From the human T2T-CHM13v2.0 reference genome, Homo sapiens, in the NCBI RefSeq assembly GCF_009914755.1, contig NC_060947.1: a DNA stretch of 64,000 nt; one strand, given 5' to 3'. The notes below the pieces were generated by a model that worked only from the letters and a program-made list of their open reading frames with translations, ran no database searches and was not told where the DNA came from. Positions 1 to 12,783 of this stretch are shown piece by piece. Each line of letters begins with the position of its first letter. The stretch's first letter is position 1. The translations under genes were made by a program, and so were the position numbers.

Positions 1-168
1 CACTGCAACCTCCACCTCCCGAGTTCAAGCTATTCTCCTACTTCAGCCTCCCAAGCAGCTGGGATTACAGGCACCAGCCATGATGCCTGGCTAATTTTGT
101 ATTTTTTTAGTCACCCGTCTTGGCCTCCAAAAGTGCTGGGAATACAGGTGTGAGCCACTGTGCCTGGC
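1..168 (-). mobile_element. Alu (AluS-like), cut by window edge, with internal deletion
   Basis: Antisense Alu motifs (cactgcaacctcc...gctgggattacagg...gagccactgtgcctggc). About 60 nt is missing after 'tttttag' at ~110. Confidence 0.92.
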
Positions 169-494
169 TGACTATTGCCATCTTTAACCATTGCTTTCAT
201 TCTTTGAAACAGTCTCTAGAGGTGACTCTAAGTATCATTTCTGTCAGACATAAGAGGACAAAAGACTAGGTGGGGTGTTCTCCAATAAGAGGATATAATG
301 AATTGAAGGAAAAGACTCCCCTCTTCATATTAGGAAACCATAGAATTGGTATAATTTGACCCACAAAGAGAAAGAGAAAAGAAAGTGTATTGTATACAAA
401 ATACTGACAAAAATAATAAACTTTTCCTGCACCTCTCCCTCCAGAAAATAATAATTTTACACATCTCTTGACATCAACACTATGATAATTAATA

Positions 495-710
495 GTATGG
501 GGTTTGGAGTATAGTATGGCTCTATCACTTCCTAGCCATGCAACTTTGAGTATACTATTCAACCTCTTTGAGTTTCAAATTTCTGACCTAAAAAGCAGAA
601 AAATTATAGTACTTACCTAAGACATTTATTTGGAAGCTTAAATGAAAGAATGTCTGTAAGCCATTGAGAACAATGTATGAAAAATAGTAGCTGTACAATT
701 AACGCTAGGC
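495..710 (+). mobile_element. MIR SINE relic
   Basis: Degenerate MIR core: ggctctatcacttcctagccatgcaactttgag...acctctttgagtttc...aaatgaaagaatgtctgtaag. Confidence 0.6.
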
Positions 711-1953
711 AATATAGAGAGCTCAATAAATACCTCCTCACTTGCACACCAAATTCCAATACCATTTGAAAGATATAAGAATCATACAAATGGGGATTAA
801 AACATCAACTATATTTTAAGCATATGTGAGAATGTGGCTTTGGATTCTCTTTCAAATGGATTTTCTAATACTTTCCTCTCTATATCTCAACCCAATATAT
901 TGATTTACGTAGGCATGGGAAGTGCTGAATTGCAGGAAAAAGGCTACCTATCCTAATAAACTTACCACACTGCAAAGAACACACAAGACTGTACCTTATC
1001 TGCAGTCAAGCACATCCAAGAAAGAGAGAAAAGAACTGAGCTCAGTTCATTAGCTAAAACTAAATAATCAGGTAAATCATTCCTTTGGTTGTTCCCTTTT
1101 TCTGAGTGAGTAAGAAATGAGGATAGGATAAACATTTCATAAGTTTATATGATCTTATAATCATATAAAAAATCCTAAAAATCTAAATAGAGACAGATAC
1201 CTATATATATAGAAGAAATTTGTAGAACTCAGCATTTTCTAACCATGATCACATTGTATTTTTCTCCTTGACTCTTACTTGTCTGTTTCATTATACCAGT
1301 CCCAATGATGTGATGGTGCCAACAATTTATTTTGTCTTCATTCACTTGTGTGCATCTTTTAGATATGTACTCAGCCTTGGATTGCCTCTTTTCTACATCA
1401 AGCTCTTTTCATCATTTTTAAATTGGTTTCACAAGCAATGGAGGTGTTTGCTAGAATGGCTTTTCACCCCAACAGCCGAGAGGCAAAACTTAGACTGTTT
1501 TTCCAGACCTTTTATTCCTGAGAAACTAGTTTCCATGAGAAAGTAGTCTTAAAAGCAAAACACATAAAAGTAGAGTGTTCTGTGATGAACATATCAGAAC
1601 AAAAGGTGAATGGCTCCTTCTGGCAATATAACTATCACAATGTTAACATCGGGCTCAATTTCTTGCCGTCTTTCTTGAGTCAGTGACCATGAAATGAAGA
1701 GGAAGATGCTCCAAAATTAAAAGACAAACTTCAATCGTGGAGCAGTTTCTGTGAGATAACATTTCTGGAATGCTAGAAGGACCTATTATTTTGAGAAGGA
1801 GTACTTCGGATGGGCTTATCTATTAAAGCATATCATTTCTTTTTACCACTAAAAATACACATATCTGCTCTCAAAGCAGTTCAAGAAAATCATGTAAAAT
1901 GATATGGGTGCAGACTTTGCTCTCAAAACAGTACAACTAAAATTTTTTTCAAG

Positions 1954-2315
1954 TTTTATTTTGTTTTTAATTGACATAATAATTGTACATATTTATGGAG
2001 TATGGTGTGATATCTTGATACATGTATACATTGTGTAATAATCAAATCAGAGTAATTAGCATATCTAGCACTTCAAACACTTGTCATTTTGTGGTGAGAC
2101 CATTCAAAATACATTCTTCTAGCTGTTTTGAGATGTTCATATATTATTATTAAGTACTTGCAAAAGTAGAGAGTAGAATATTGATTACTAGAGGCTGGGG
2201 CAGGGAGCAGGGCAGGGGAGAATGGGAAGAGGTTAATCAATTGGTAAAAACTTACAGTTATGAAAAGGTTCTGGTGTTCTATTTTACAGTAGGGTGACTA
2301 CAGTAAAGCAAGATA
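1954..2315 (-). mobile_element. L1MA 3' UTR, 5'-truncated with inverted 5' segment
   Basis: 1954-2153 is the terminal L1MA 3' UTR on the minus strand. 2161-2315 is the immediately upstream 3' UTR segment on the plus strand. Confidence 0.8.
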
Positions 2316-2701
2316 ATTTTTAAATATGCCATATTTTATTTAAATTAAAATTAAGAATAATGTCCAACTAAAATCAATGTTTGACTAAACTGTAAATGGG
2401 TAATGTGACCTTATTTTAAGAGTGTAATTTATTGAATAAAGAAATCTCCTAAATAGGCATGCTCATATTATTTAATTATATTAACGTATTAATAAAAAGT
2501 ATAAAATCGATTTATTGAGAATACTTACTCATGTATAAATAATATGTATGCATTAGTCAATTATCACCTGACTAAAGTTGTATATATAGAAGTGGAGTAC
2601 GGTTGGTATGGTGGAAAAGAGTGGAATTGCTGAAATGATACTCATACTGACATTTAAATTTTCCATGATGAAAATTTGATCTTATGATCTTTTTCAAGTA
2701 C

Positions 2702-3007
2702 TTTTTTTTTGTTTGTCTGAGATGGAGTCTCACTCTGTCGCCCAGACTGGAGTGCAGTGGCATGATCCCGGCTCACTGCAAGCTCCACTTCCCAGGTTCA
2801 AGCCGTTCTCTGTCCTCAGCCTCCTGAGTAGCTGGGACTACAGGCCCCTGCCACCACGCCTGGCTAATTTTTTTTTTTTTTGTATTTTTAGTAGAGACGT
2901 GGTTTCACCATATTAGCCAGGATGGTCTTGATCTTCTGACCTCGTGATCCGCCCACCTTGGCCTCCCAAAATGCTGGGATTACAGGGGTGAGCTACCGTG
3001 CCCAGCC
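2702..3007 (-). mobile_element. Alu (AluY/Sc-like), full length
   Basis: Dimeric Alu with T-rich tail on the left. Imperfect TSD tcaagtac/tcaaggac. Confidence 0.96.
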
Positions 3008-4370
3008 TCAAGGACCTTTTTTTAAACTAATAAATATCAACAGAAAGATAGCAGAGTCATGAGAGCTGGTTTTGGGGAGACAGATGAGATGTGCAAATGA
3101 ATTAAGCATGAACAAATACCAGAAAACTACAGTATAACTGAGCTTGGAAAGATAATTTTGAATTCCTCATAATATGAAAAGAGGTGCTTAATGACAGGCT
3201 ATCTATTCAACTAGATTAAAGTTTGTTAATCAGATCAAAATTAATTAAAGGATATCAAGGAATGAGAGTAGAATCCCAACACTGAATTTATTGGCTAATG
3301 TATTGACCATGGCTCTTAAGTTTAATTGCTCTGTCAGCTTCATTTTGTGACTTTGGCATGACTGTCTTAAAGAAGTAGCAGCACTATTTGACATCAAGTT
3401 CTCTGTGTAGTCCTGATGTTATAAGCCCTGATGCTTTAAGGGACCATCTCCAGCCTAGTATATAAAATGAATGTAGCAGTAAGGCTTAATTTTGAATGAA
3501 ATATGTCTGTACTTTATCTCAACTCTTCTTTAATCTGCTTTAACATTTTAACGTCCAGCTTTGTCCCTCTACTCTCTCCAAGAAGGCACTGATTGGCCAT
3601 TACATCGGAGTTAATTTATCCATTAATTTTTCCACTTGACCGCCTACCCTGGCATTCTACATTTCATCTCATCTTCTGTAAAAACTGGCATCTTAAGCAC
3701 AGACTAAGTACTCTCTCAAGGACTCACCTACAGGCCATTGCAGCAAGAGATACTTTATATCATTACAATGCTGGCTTCATAAAAACACATGTGATTAGAT
3801 TACATTTTTAGAATAATATTTATTCTTGTTTCAATGATAATATAAATTCATCGTAGAAAAAAGGAAAATACAGAAAAATTTAAAACTATGTAAAAATTTT
3901 CAACACACAGATAAATATGGTTAACATATTGTTTTATATAAAATTATTTTAGACACCATTAAGTAATAATACCTGCAAGTGATATTTAAACTACTTTTCT
4001 TCAGTTAAAAATGACAAATGCCATTTTTATGAGTTTTAAGTATGTAAATATGTTACTATCTAAGTTCCCCAGCAATTAAAATAGAGCATAGTACTCTATT
4101 CAAATTTTTGTGTAGGGATATAAGGACTTGCTTAGTAATTCCTCTGTCATAGTATTTAATACATGTAAATTTGGAGCCATTATTAACAAATAATGCAGCA
4201 AAGCAGCACCAACTATTATTTTAAGTAATCATCACACATAGAAAGACCTTTTATTGAAACTGTCATTTAAACTTTCATTTAGAATAAAAGTTAGAACAAA
4301 AATGTTTTATCCTCTTCTTCTAAATATTTCATTAACATGAAAATATAAGATCTATCTTTCATCTATGTAG

Positions 4371-5264
4371 TATTGACCAAAAAAAGTCAAACTCTGCAAA
4401 ATATTTGAGGAGATTCATTTTGAGCAAAATGTCAGGACCATGACCCATGACACAGCCTCAGGAAGTTCTGAGATCATGTGCCCAAGGTAGATGGGTTACA
4501 GCTTGGTTTTATATGTTTTAGGGAAATATTAGACATTAATCAATACATATAAGGCATACATTTTTTTTTTTCTGGAAAGGCAAGACAACTTCAAAGCAGG
4601 GGCTTATGGGTCATAATTAGATTCAAAAATTTTCTCATTGGCAATTGGTTGAAAGAGTTAAGTTATTCTATAAAGACTTGGAATCAATAAAAAGGAGTGT
4701 CTGAGTTAACATAAATGTTGTGGAGACCAAGGTTCTTATTACATAGATGAAGTCTCATAGGCAGCCACCCTTTGAAGGAGTAGATGGCATATGTTTTCTA
4801 TTCAGACCTTTAAAGGGTGCTAGACCCTCAGATAATCTTCTGAGGATTAGGTAAAGACCTGGAGAGGGAAGAGGATCCTCTAAAGAATGTAAATTTCTCC
4901 CACAAGAAAGAGCTTTGCAGGGCCATTTCAAAATATGTCAAAGAAATATATTTTGAGGTAAAATACTTTTATACTTTCAGGGCCTGCTCTCTGTCATGTG
5001 ATGCTACACTAGAGTCAGAATGGAATTTGGTATTTTATTGCTACAAAGAACCTGTTTCATCAATTTTAAGGTATCTGTTTCAATTTTAATGATGGACAGC
5101 TGTGCCTGAATTCCGAAGGGAGGATAGCATAATGAGGCATGTCTGACTCCCTCTTTCCACCGTGGCCCGAACTAGTTTTTCAGGTTTCTTTGGAATTCCC
5201 CTGGCTGAGAGGAGGGATCCATTCAGTCAGTTGGGCAAGGTTAGAATTTTATTTTTGGTGTACA
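4371..5264 (-). mobile_element. MER4-group (MER4D/B-like) ERV1 solo LTR
   Basis: Minus strand starts tgtacaccaaaaataaaattcta. Shares long blocks with the LTRs at 19.8, 23.1, 26.1 and 55.1 kb. Confidence 0.88.
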
Positions 5265-5621
5265 CTATGCTTCTGTTGATTGATCAATCAACCAATATAT
5301 AAACCTCTAGTTGTAATGGGAATAGGAGAGGAGACGAGAATGGATTATGCTATAGAATTTGTACTTGACTCAGAAGCGGAAAGGAAGACAGAGGTATAAT
5401 ATCGAGAAGTGAGCCCTTGCACTTTACAGAATCCTTCAAAGACACAGTGTTGAAGGTACCAGGTAGCAGGTTGGATTGAGGGATGGAAATAAAATGGAAA
5501 GATTGGATTTCAGTAGAGGACATGAAACAAATGGCTTCATAGTCTCTACAAATATTGTTAAACTTTGTGGCACAATGATTGCCGACCCCGTATATTGGTT
5601 CGAGGAGCTAGATTTCCTTAC

Positions 5622-5724
5622 TGTTATGCCGTTAATAGGGTCAAAAGTGTTACAGTTTAATTTTGGTTTCTGTTTGGGTCTCTCTTTCTGTGCAGATGTT
5701 TCTACACATTCAACTTGGCTTGGC
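5622..5724 (-). other. Candidate spliced exon (unassigned)
   Basis: Minus-strand polypyrimidine tract + cag acceptor (tttactttttatttttgtatctcag|GCC) and donor ACA|gtaagg. One frame is open (PSQVECVETSAQKERPKQKPKLNCNTFDPINGIT) and the sequence is not repeat-like. Confidence 0.3.
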
Positions 5725-5930
5725 CTGAGATACAAAAATAAAAAGTAAAGTACTGGCAATTAAGGTCCGTTTGGGGCCATATATTACATGAGTACTGCAC
5801 TCATGTTTTTGTAATTTATAAAAAGACTCTTTCAAGTTAATCTTCTTTCTGATTCCTTTTACCACTATTCAATTTGAACTGGCATGAAAGGTTTTATTCT
5901 AGTTAAATGAGCAAATAAATAATCAAATGT

Positions 5931-6219
5931 GGCTGGTACCGTATTTCACACCTGTAATCCCAGTACTTTGGGAGGCTGAAGTGGGAGAATCATTTGAGTC
6001 CTAGAGTTTGAGACCAGCTAGGCAACATAGAGAGACCATGTCTCTATAAAAGTAAAAAAATAGCCGGGCATGGTGGTGCATACCTGTGGTCTCATCTACA
6101 ACAAAGATTGAGGCAGGAGGATCACTTGAGGTGGGAAGTCAGGGCTGCAGTGAGATATGATCATGCCACTGTACTCCAGCCAGGACAACAGAGTAGGACA
6201 CTGTCTCAAAAACAAAAAA
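5931..6219 (+). mobile_element. AluJ
   Basis: Diverged dimeric Alu with J-type features (ggatcacttgag, gctgcagtgagatatgatc). TSD-like tcaaatgt/tcaaacgt. Confidence 0.92.
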
Positions 6220-6804
6220 GTCAAACGTTTCAAAATTATTCTTGGAAAGAAAAGTGAACCAAACAAATAAAAAGGAGCCAGTATGGACCATTACACTCTC
6301 CCTCTCCTTTCCTAAAGGAGAGGGCTCATTTGACTAGAATAAAACCTTTCATGCCTTTACAAAACATTATATACAAAATGTTTTGTATATAAATAGATTT
6401 ACTGCCTCATTGGATTCAATATGGCATGTTATCATTTTTAAGTAGCTAAAATGTCCTACTCCAATAAAAATGTCACATTACATCATACAAATCTATAGGT
6501 TAAAATGGAAAGCCTCACGTCTTTATTGTCATTTTGCTAAATGTCTTAAGTACTTCCTTTTTTGTATTTTGAGTAAGTGAATACTAAATCATGATAGTAG
6601 ATTAAAAGTTACTAAAAGTGTAGTCTTTTATATTTTTAATAGAAATGTATTGCCATCTTTCCCTTGCGTTAAATTGTATCATAGAATCAACCTAATATAT
6701 TGAGATGAAAATATCATTCTTTATTATTAATGTCCTATTATAATTGTTCAATGCATAATTAATGGTTGAGATCACCATGTACCTGTGAATGCAGAAGAAG
6801 TGTC

Positions 6805-6858
6805 AGGCACATGCCTGACACAGATTGGGCACTCAATAAATATACGTTGAAAGAATGG
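6805..6858 (+). mobile_element. L2 3'-end relic
   Basis: tgcctgacacagattgggcactcaataaatatacgttgaaagaat resembles the L2 terminus. Confidence 0.55.
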
Positions 6859-7129
6859 TTACACGTATAAGGAAATGAATAGATAAAAGATGTATCAGAC
6901 AAAGCATGTTCTTGACTAACTTCTTGACTTCTTTTTGCTTAATGTAGTGATTGCAGTGATTGACTTGAGATTCTAGAAGAGTTACTTTAAAACCAGGAAG
7001 AACATACCATCATTCAAGAAGACACATAAGAATACTTGGAATGTGCATGGGAGCAAGTGTAATTTCAGAAATAAGTATTTCATTTCAGTTTGATATTTTA
7101 TTTAACAATTTAAATAATATTAAAATGAA

Positions 7130-7837
<708 letters not shown>

Positions 7838-8177
7838 TGAAGCAGATACATTTTTTGGGGTAAATATCCAGGGTTTGTCAGTCTCATGCTAGGAAAATTC
7901 AGAACACCAACACACATGAGGAGTTTAGGAGTGGAGGTTTAATAGGCAAAAGAAAGAGAAAGGAAAATAGCTCTCTCTCTAGTGAGAGAGAGGGGACTTC
8001 TGAGAGGAACGACCGGCTGGCAGCGGACGGGCCAGATTTAATAGTCAGGCTTGCAGAGGTGGTGTCTCATTTACATAGGGCTTATAGGATGATTCGATCA
8101 GGTATGACATTTACATAGCGAATGGAAAAGGCTAATCTTATTATGCAAACAAATTTTCCCCCTGTCTGGCACCATCT

Positions 8178-8860
8178 TTTTTTTTTTTAATACTTTAAGT
8201 TTTAGGGTACATGTGCACAATCTGCAGGTTAGTTACATATGTATACATGTGCCATGCTGGTGCGCTGCACCCACTAACTCGTCATCTAGCATTAGGTATA
8301 TCTCCCAATGCTATCCCTCCCCCCTCCACCCACCCCACAACAGTCCCCAGAGTGTGATGTTCCCCTTCCTGTGTCCATGTGTTCTCATTGTTCAATTCCC
8401 ACCTATGAGTGAGAATATGCGGTGTTTGGTTTTTTGTTCTTGCGATAGTTTACTGAGAATGAGGATTTCCAATTTCATCCATGTCCCTACAAAGGACATG
8501 AACTCATCATTTTTTATGGCTGCATAGTATTCCATGGTGTATATGTGCCACATTTTCTTAATCCAGTCTATCATTGTTGGACATTTGGGTTGGTTCCAAG
8601 TCTTTGCTATTGTGAATAGTGCTGCAATAAACATACGTGTGCATGTGTCTTTATAGCAGCATGATTTATAGTCCTTTGGGTATATATCCAGTAATGGGAT
8701 GGCTGGGTCAGATGGTATTTCTAGTTCTAGATCCCTGAGGAATCGCCACACTGACTTCCACAATGGTTGAACTAGTTTACAGTCCCACCAACAGTGTAAA
8801 AGTGTTCCTATTTCTCCACATCCTCTCCAGCACCTGTTGTTTCTTGACTTTTTAATGATT
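8178..8860 (-). mobile_element. L1PA2/3-like 5'-truncated L1 inserted in the 3' LTR
   Basis: ORF2 C-terminus (CWRGCGEIGTLLHCWWDCKL...IFSLIGGN), 3' UTR with the GAG (non-Ta) diagnostic, and T-tail. TSD tgtctggcaccatctt/tgtctggcagcagctt. Confidence 0.96.
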
Positions 8861-11412
8861 TGTCTGGCAGCAGCTTGTCTGCTCCTTGCTCTACACGTGG
8901 CTGACAAAGAGAAAGGAAGATGGAGCCGCCATCTTGAACATGATTAGCACAACTGCCGGCATCTATGTCTGCAGCTCAATGTTACAGGCTGCTGTTTGTT
9001 AGAAAGAAAAATAATTTGGGGCTGCTTTTCATTAAAAGAAAAACCTTACTAATGACTTCTGTATTCTCACTATCTGCCTAGGTAATTTCTTGTTAACTCC
9101 GGTATCATTCCCCCTTCTGGAGTGGTAACCCTAACTGCTGTTAAGGAATGTTGGATGAAGACTCTTTCTGGCTACTTCCTGCTGAAAAAAAGGCATTGTG
9201 TGGGGAACAGCAGCTAGGTCTCTTCCTGAGGTCTATCTAGGGGTCCTTGGAAGAAAAGCGTGTCCACACTCTGTCTGCAGCATCATTTAAAGTTTGATTG
9301 CCGTCAGCAACTTCAATGTGTTGTAATACTGGCTTGCCTTCACCAGATGTTGCTGAAATGTTAATATGAAAGTAAGATTCCTTTTAAAATAAGTGGTATT
9401 AGATTTGGGTGGTTAGAGTAACTTTAGTGTTAACCTTGGCTAAATCTTTCCTGCAATTATTAATCCCTCTATGACTTCTACATCTCATGTAAGCCTTGCT
9501 TAATCTTTCTGACTTGTCCTAAAGATCCTTCTTTTTAAACAACCAACTATTCTTTTTAGGACAAGTATTTTCCATTCTTATAACCCTATCATGTCTTTCA
9601 TGATCCATCTATGACATCTTTAAACTTTCTAACTTGCCCTAAACATCCCTCTTTTTAACAACCAACTATTCTCTTTAAGACAAGTATTTACCATACAAGA
9701 CCCTTTCTTATATAATATATCTTCCCTTTATAACCTTCTTTGCATAGCCAGGGTGTGAAATATTACCAAACCCAGTAAGAAGTTTTAGCAGACTCTGTGA
9801 CAGTAAAATTTTTATGACTCCTTTTTGCTGGTAACTATTATCCCTGCCATAAGGCTAATAATTAAGCAAAATACTACAATGATAGAAACTATGTCCAATA
9901 TTTCAGTTAGAAGGTGCTACCATGTATAGCTCTACTACAAATAGTAGAGTGAGTATAGCAATTCCTTCAAGGGTAATGTAGTAGATTATTTCCATCTAAA
10001 ATTTTACTTGCCAAGATATAGAATTTTTCTTTTGAGGGTCTATAACATTTCTTGGTTTTATTTTTCTAAACAAAGAAAGTTATGGGTTGTGGGCACCCTA
10101 CTCACTTTCATTACCTGGCAGAATTTGCAGGATAATTGCCCAGAACTAACATATTGATCCAGATTTTTACATTACCCATCCCTTTTTTTTTTTTTCCAAG
10201 GTGCAAGAGATCACCACATGATTCACAAGAATAAGCAGGATTAGTCTAAAATGTAGGCAAAAGCTTAAAAAACAACCAATGAGACTAGAATTTAATGACA
10301 AATGTATGATAAGCTTTGGAGCACAATTTCTCTCTCCAGTCCTCATTTTTGGTAAAAACAAATTATGATAGGATTGTGTTGCTGGTAGAATAAAGTTTAG
10401 TCTTATACTTGGCCTGATTATTTGCATAAGTACAGAAAGATTAATTATTTCTACATAGAACTTTTGGATTGGCTTTGATGGAACTCTGTTCCACAAAGAG
10501 TCTTAGATAAGACCTTTTAAAGTTGAGCCCAGCCATGGGTTTGTATCCTGAAATACCTGTGAGTTTATTGATCTTTTTTTCTTAAGGTCCCAGGATAAAC
10601 TGGGAGCTCCTGGACCTGTTAGAAAGTGACATTCTTTACTGACCACAGGTCGGCAACCCTGTATGGGGACTGCATAGACAAGTTTGAGGCCAGTAGTTTC
10701 CAAGGGGCTCTTATTGCCTCTGCACATCAAGCTTGATTCCTTAAAGGGAAACACACCTTTCCAGTCAAACCTTGGTAAAATAACCAGTTTTTTGCTAATA
10801 GTGTCCTGTTGCAAAAGAAAAATGGATTCTTATTGCATTGATGCAAACAAGTATATTGCCATAAGTTAAGAATACTCACAGTTAGTTTCCAAATTTCAGA
10901 GAAACCAGGCAAAAACAAACATGCTCCAAATTTTGTTCACAGGAGTATAACTTACTCAATTATTAAAGACCATAAATAGGAAATGAGGAAATTACAATAG
11001 AACAGTTGGAGATCCTGTTGCCAACACCTCATCAGGTGGTCAGAGGCTGGGGTCAGTCTACCAGCCTTTGAATAACACCAGGGAATAGCCCCAGCCAGAA
11101 ATCCTCAGTTTCTTCAGAACCTCTTCCAGCCCCACGTGATGGCTACATCCTCCATGAAAGGAAGCTGGTTCAAACATGGCCAACATACCCAGCAACCCAT
11201 GGGCACTGAAGGATTCTCCATGTTCTCCCCAGTAATTCTCTCATCTGAGCCTTTAAGAATGGCAGCCAGGCTCATCGTGTTTATAACTGGCTGATGGATG
11301 CCTATTGTTGATTTGATCTGGTTCTAAAATGGAGGCCAACAGCCTTGAAACGAAAGGACAGAGTTGAAGTCTGCTCCTCTACTGACCGTTTTGGTGAATG
11401 TTGTACCTTGGT

Positions 11413-11430
11413 ATCCTGGAGGAGCCCCCA
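11413..11430 (-). promoter_or_regulatory. Primer-binding site, tRNA-Pro
   Basis: Minus strand tgggggctcctccaggat matches TGGGGGCTCGTCCGGGAT at 16/18, 3 nt after the LTR end. Confidence 0.85.
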
Positions 11431-12028
11431 ATATGAAACAGCCACATTGTCTGGGGTAAATACTCAGGGTTTGTTGTTTCACACCAGGAAAATTTAGGAC
11501 ACTAACAGACCCAAGGAGTTTAGGAATGGAAGTTTAATAGGCAAAATAAAGAGAAGGAAAGATAAACAAAAAGAGATCTCTCTCCAGTGATAGAGGGGAG
11601 ACTTTTGAGAGGAAAGACTGGCTGGCAGCAGATGCACCAGATTTTCTAGGCAGGCTTGAAGAGGCAGTGTCTGATTTACATAGGGCTCACAGATTGATTT
11701 GATCAGGTATGACATTTACATAGTGTGCTGGGAAGGCTGGCTGCCCCACCCTAATCTTATTATGCAAATAAACTTTCCCCTTGGCTGGTGCCATCTTGTC
11801 TGCTCCTTCCTGTATACATGGTTGACAAAGAGAATGGAAGATGAAGCTGCCATCTTGAAGATGATTGGCACAACTGCCAGCATCTGTGTCTGCATCTCAA
11901 TTTTACAGGCTGCTCTTTGTTAGAAAGGAAAATAATTTGAAGCTGCTTTTCATTAAAAGAAAAACCTTACTGAGGACTTTTGTACCCACACTATCTGCCT
12001 AAGTAATTTCTTCTTAATTCCTGTGTTA

Positions 12029-12170
12029 ATGGGATAATGGAAATATTTTAATGTTAGATTGTGTTGATGTTTGCACAACCCTGTGAATATACTAAAAAAC
12101 ATCAGATTATACACTTAAAATGAATATATTGTATAATATGTGAATTATGTATCAGTAAACTGTTAAACAT
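12029..12170 (+). mobile_element. L1MB-like 3' end, right part
   Basis: gatgtttgcacaaccctgtgaatatactaaaaaac...tacacttaaaatg...atgtgaattat continues the element broken at 7837. Confidence 0.8.
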
Positions 12171-12741
12171 TTAAAAATAGATACAAGATTTTTATGTTTA
12201 CTGGAAGGTGGTTTTTTTTGTTTTTGTTTTGCAAAACATTAGGGAAATTATATGCTATGTTAAAAAACAAAGAAAGTTAGCTGACACTTCAGAGTACTAC
12301 ATTTAAAATGAATATACATTTGGGAAAATGACTCAAATTCTTATTGTCACTTCCTATATTTCCCATTCCACTGCTAACTCAGATGGAATAGAAAAAATAT
12401 TACACTGAACAATTTGGGCTTTTTGTAATACTTTCTAAATTTTTTTTCATTTCATAAATTACTTTGACTCTGAAATACTTCACTTCTTGATATTTATAAA
12501 TATTTATAAATTTTTAAATGTAAACATTGCAGAATTTCAAAAATAATCTTCCCAGTATAATACAATATCAATCAGAGGGGAATACATCACACAGTCAGCT
12601 GATGATAGAGAACTGCAAAATTAGCTCATAAACATGAATTGAAATATGTTTTATCCTTTCAAAGCATATGTCAATAATATATTCAGTGAAATGTTAATAT
12701 CAGTGTTTAGAAATAGAGCTAGTGTCTACCTCTGAATATTC

Positions 12742-12783
12742 TGAATTATATTCTGAATATAATTATATTCGGAATATAATTCA
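12742..12783. repeat. 42-bp AT-rich near-perfect palindrome
   Basis: tgaattatattctgaatataattatattcggaatataattca, with one mismatched pair and no spacer. Confidence 0.9.

Larger units (their letters stand above)
7838..12028 (-). mobile_element. Internally deleted ERV1 provirus with tRNA-Pro PBS (HUERS-P3/LTR9- or MER61-like, MER4 group)
   Basis: Two homologous LTRs (5' LTR 11434-12028; 3' LTR 7838-9107) and a 4-bp TSD atgg (7834-7837, 12029-12032). PPT agaaggggga lies next to the 3' LTR and the PBS next to the 5' LTR. The ~2.3 kb interior has no recognisable ORFs. Confidence 0.88.

Noticed and set aside
266-1546. Short ORFs in unique sequence
   Set aside because: Non-ATG starts, low-complexity hydrophobic composition, no recognisable domains.
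8392-8907. 171-aa ORF that looks like an LTR-L1 fusion protein
   Set aside because: It is the L1 ORF2 C-terminus, in frame by chance with a few LTR codons and a non-ATG start. There is no evidence of expression.
12491-12511. 20-bp palindrome atttataaatatttataaat
   Set aside because: Pure A/T tandem 10-mer, expected in low-complexity AT-rich DNA.
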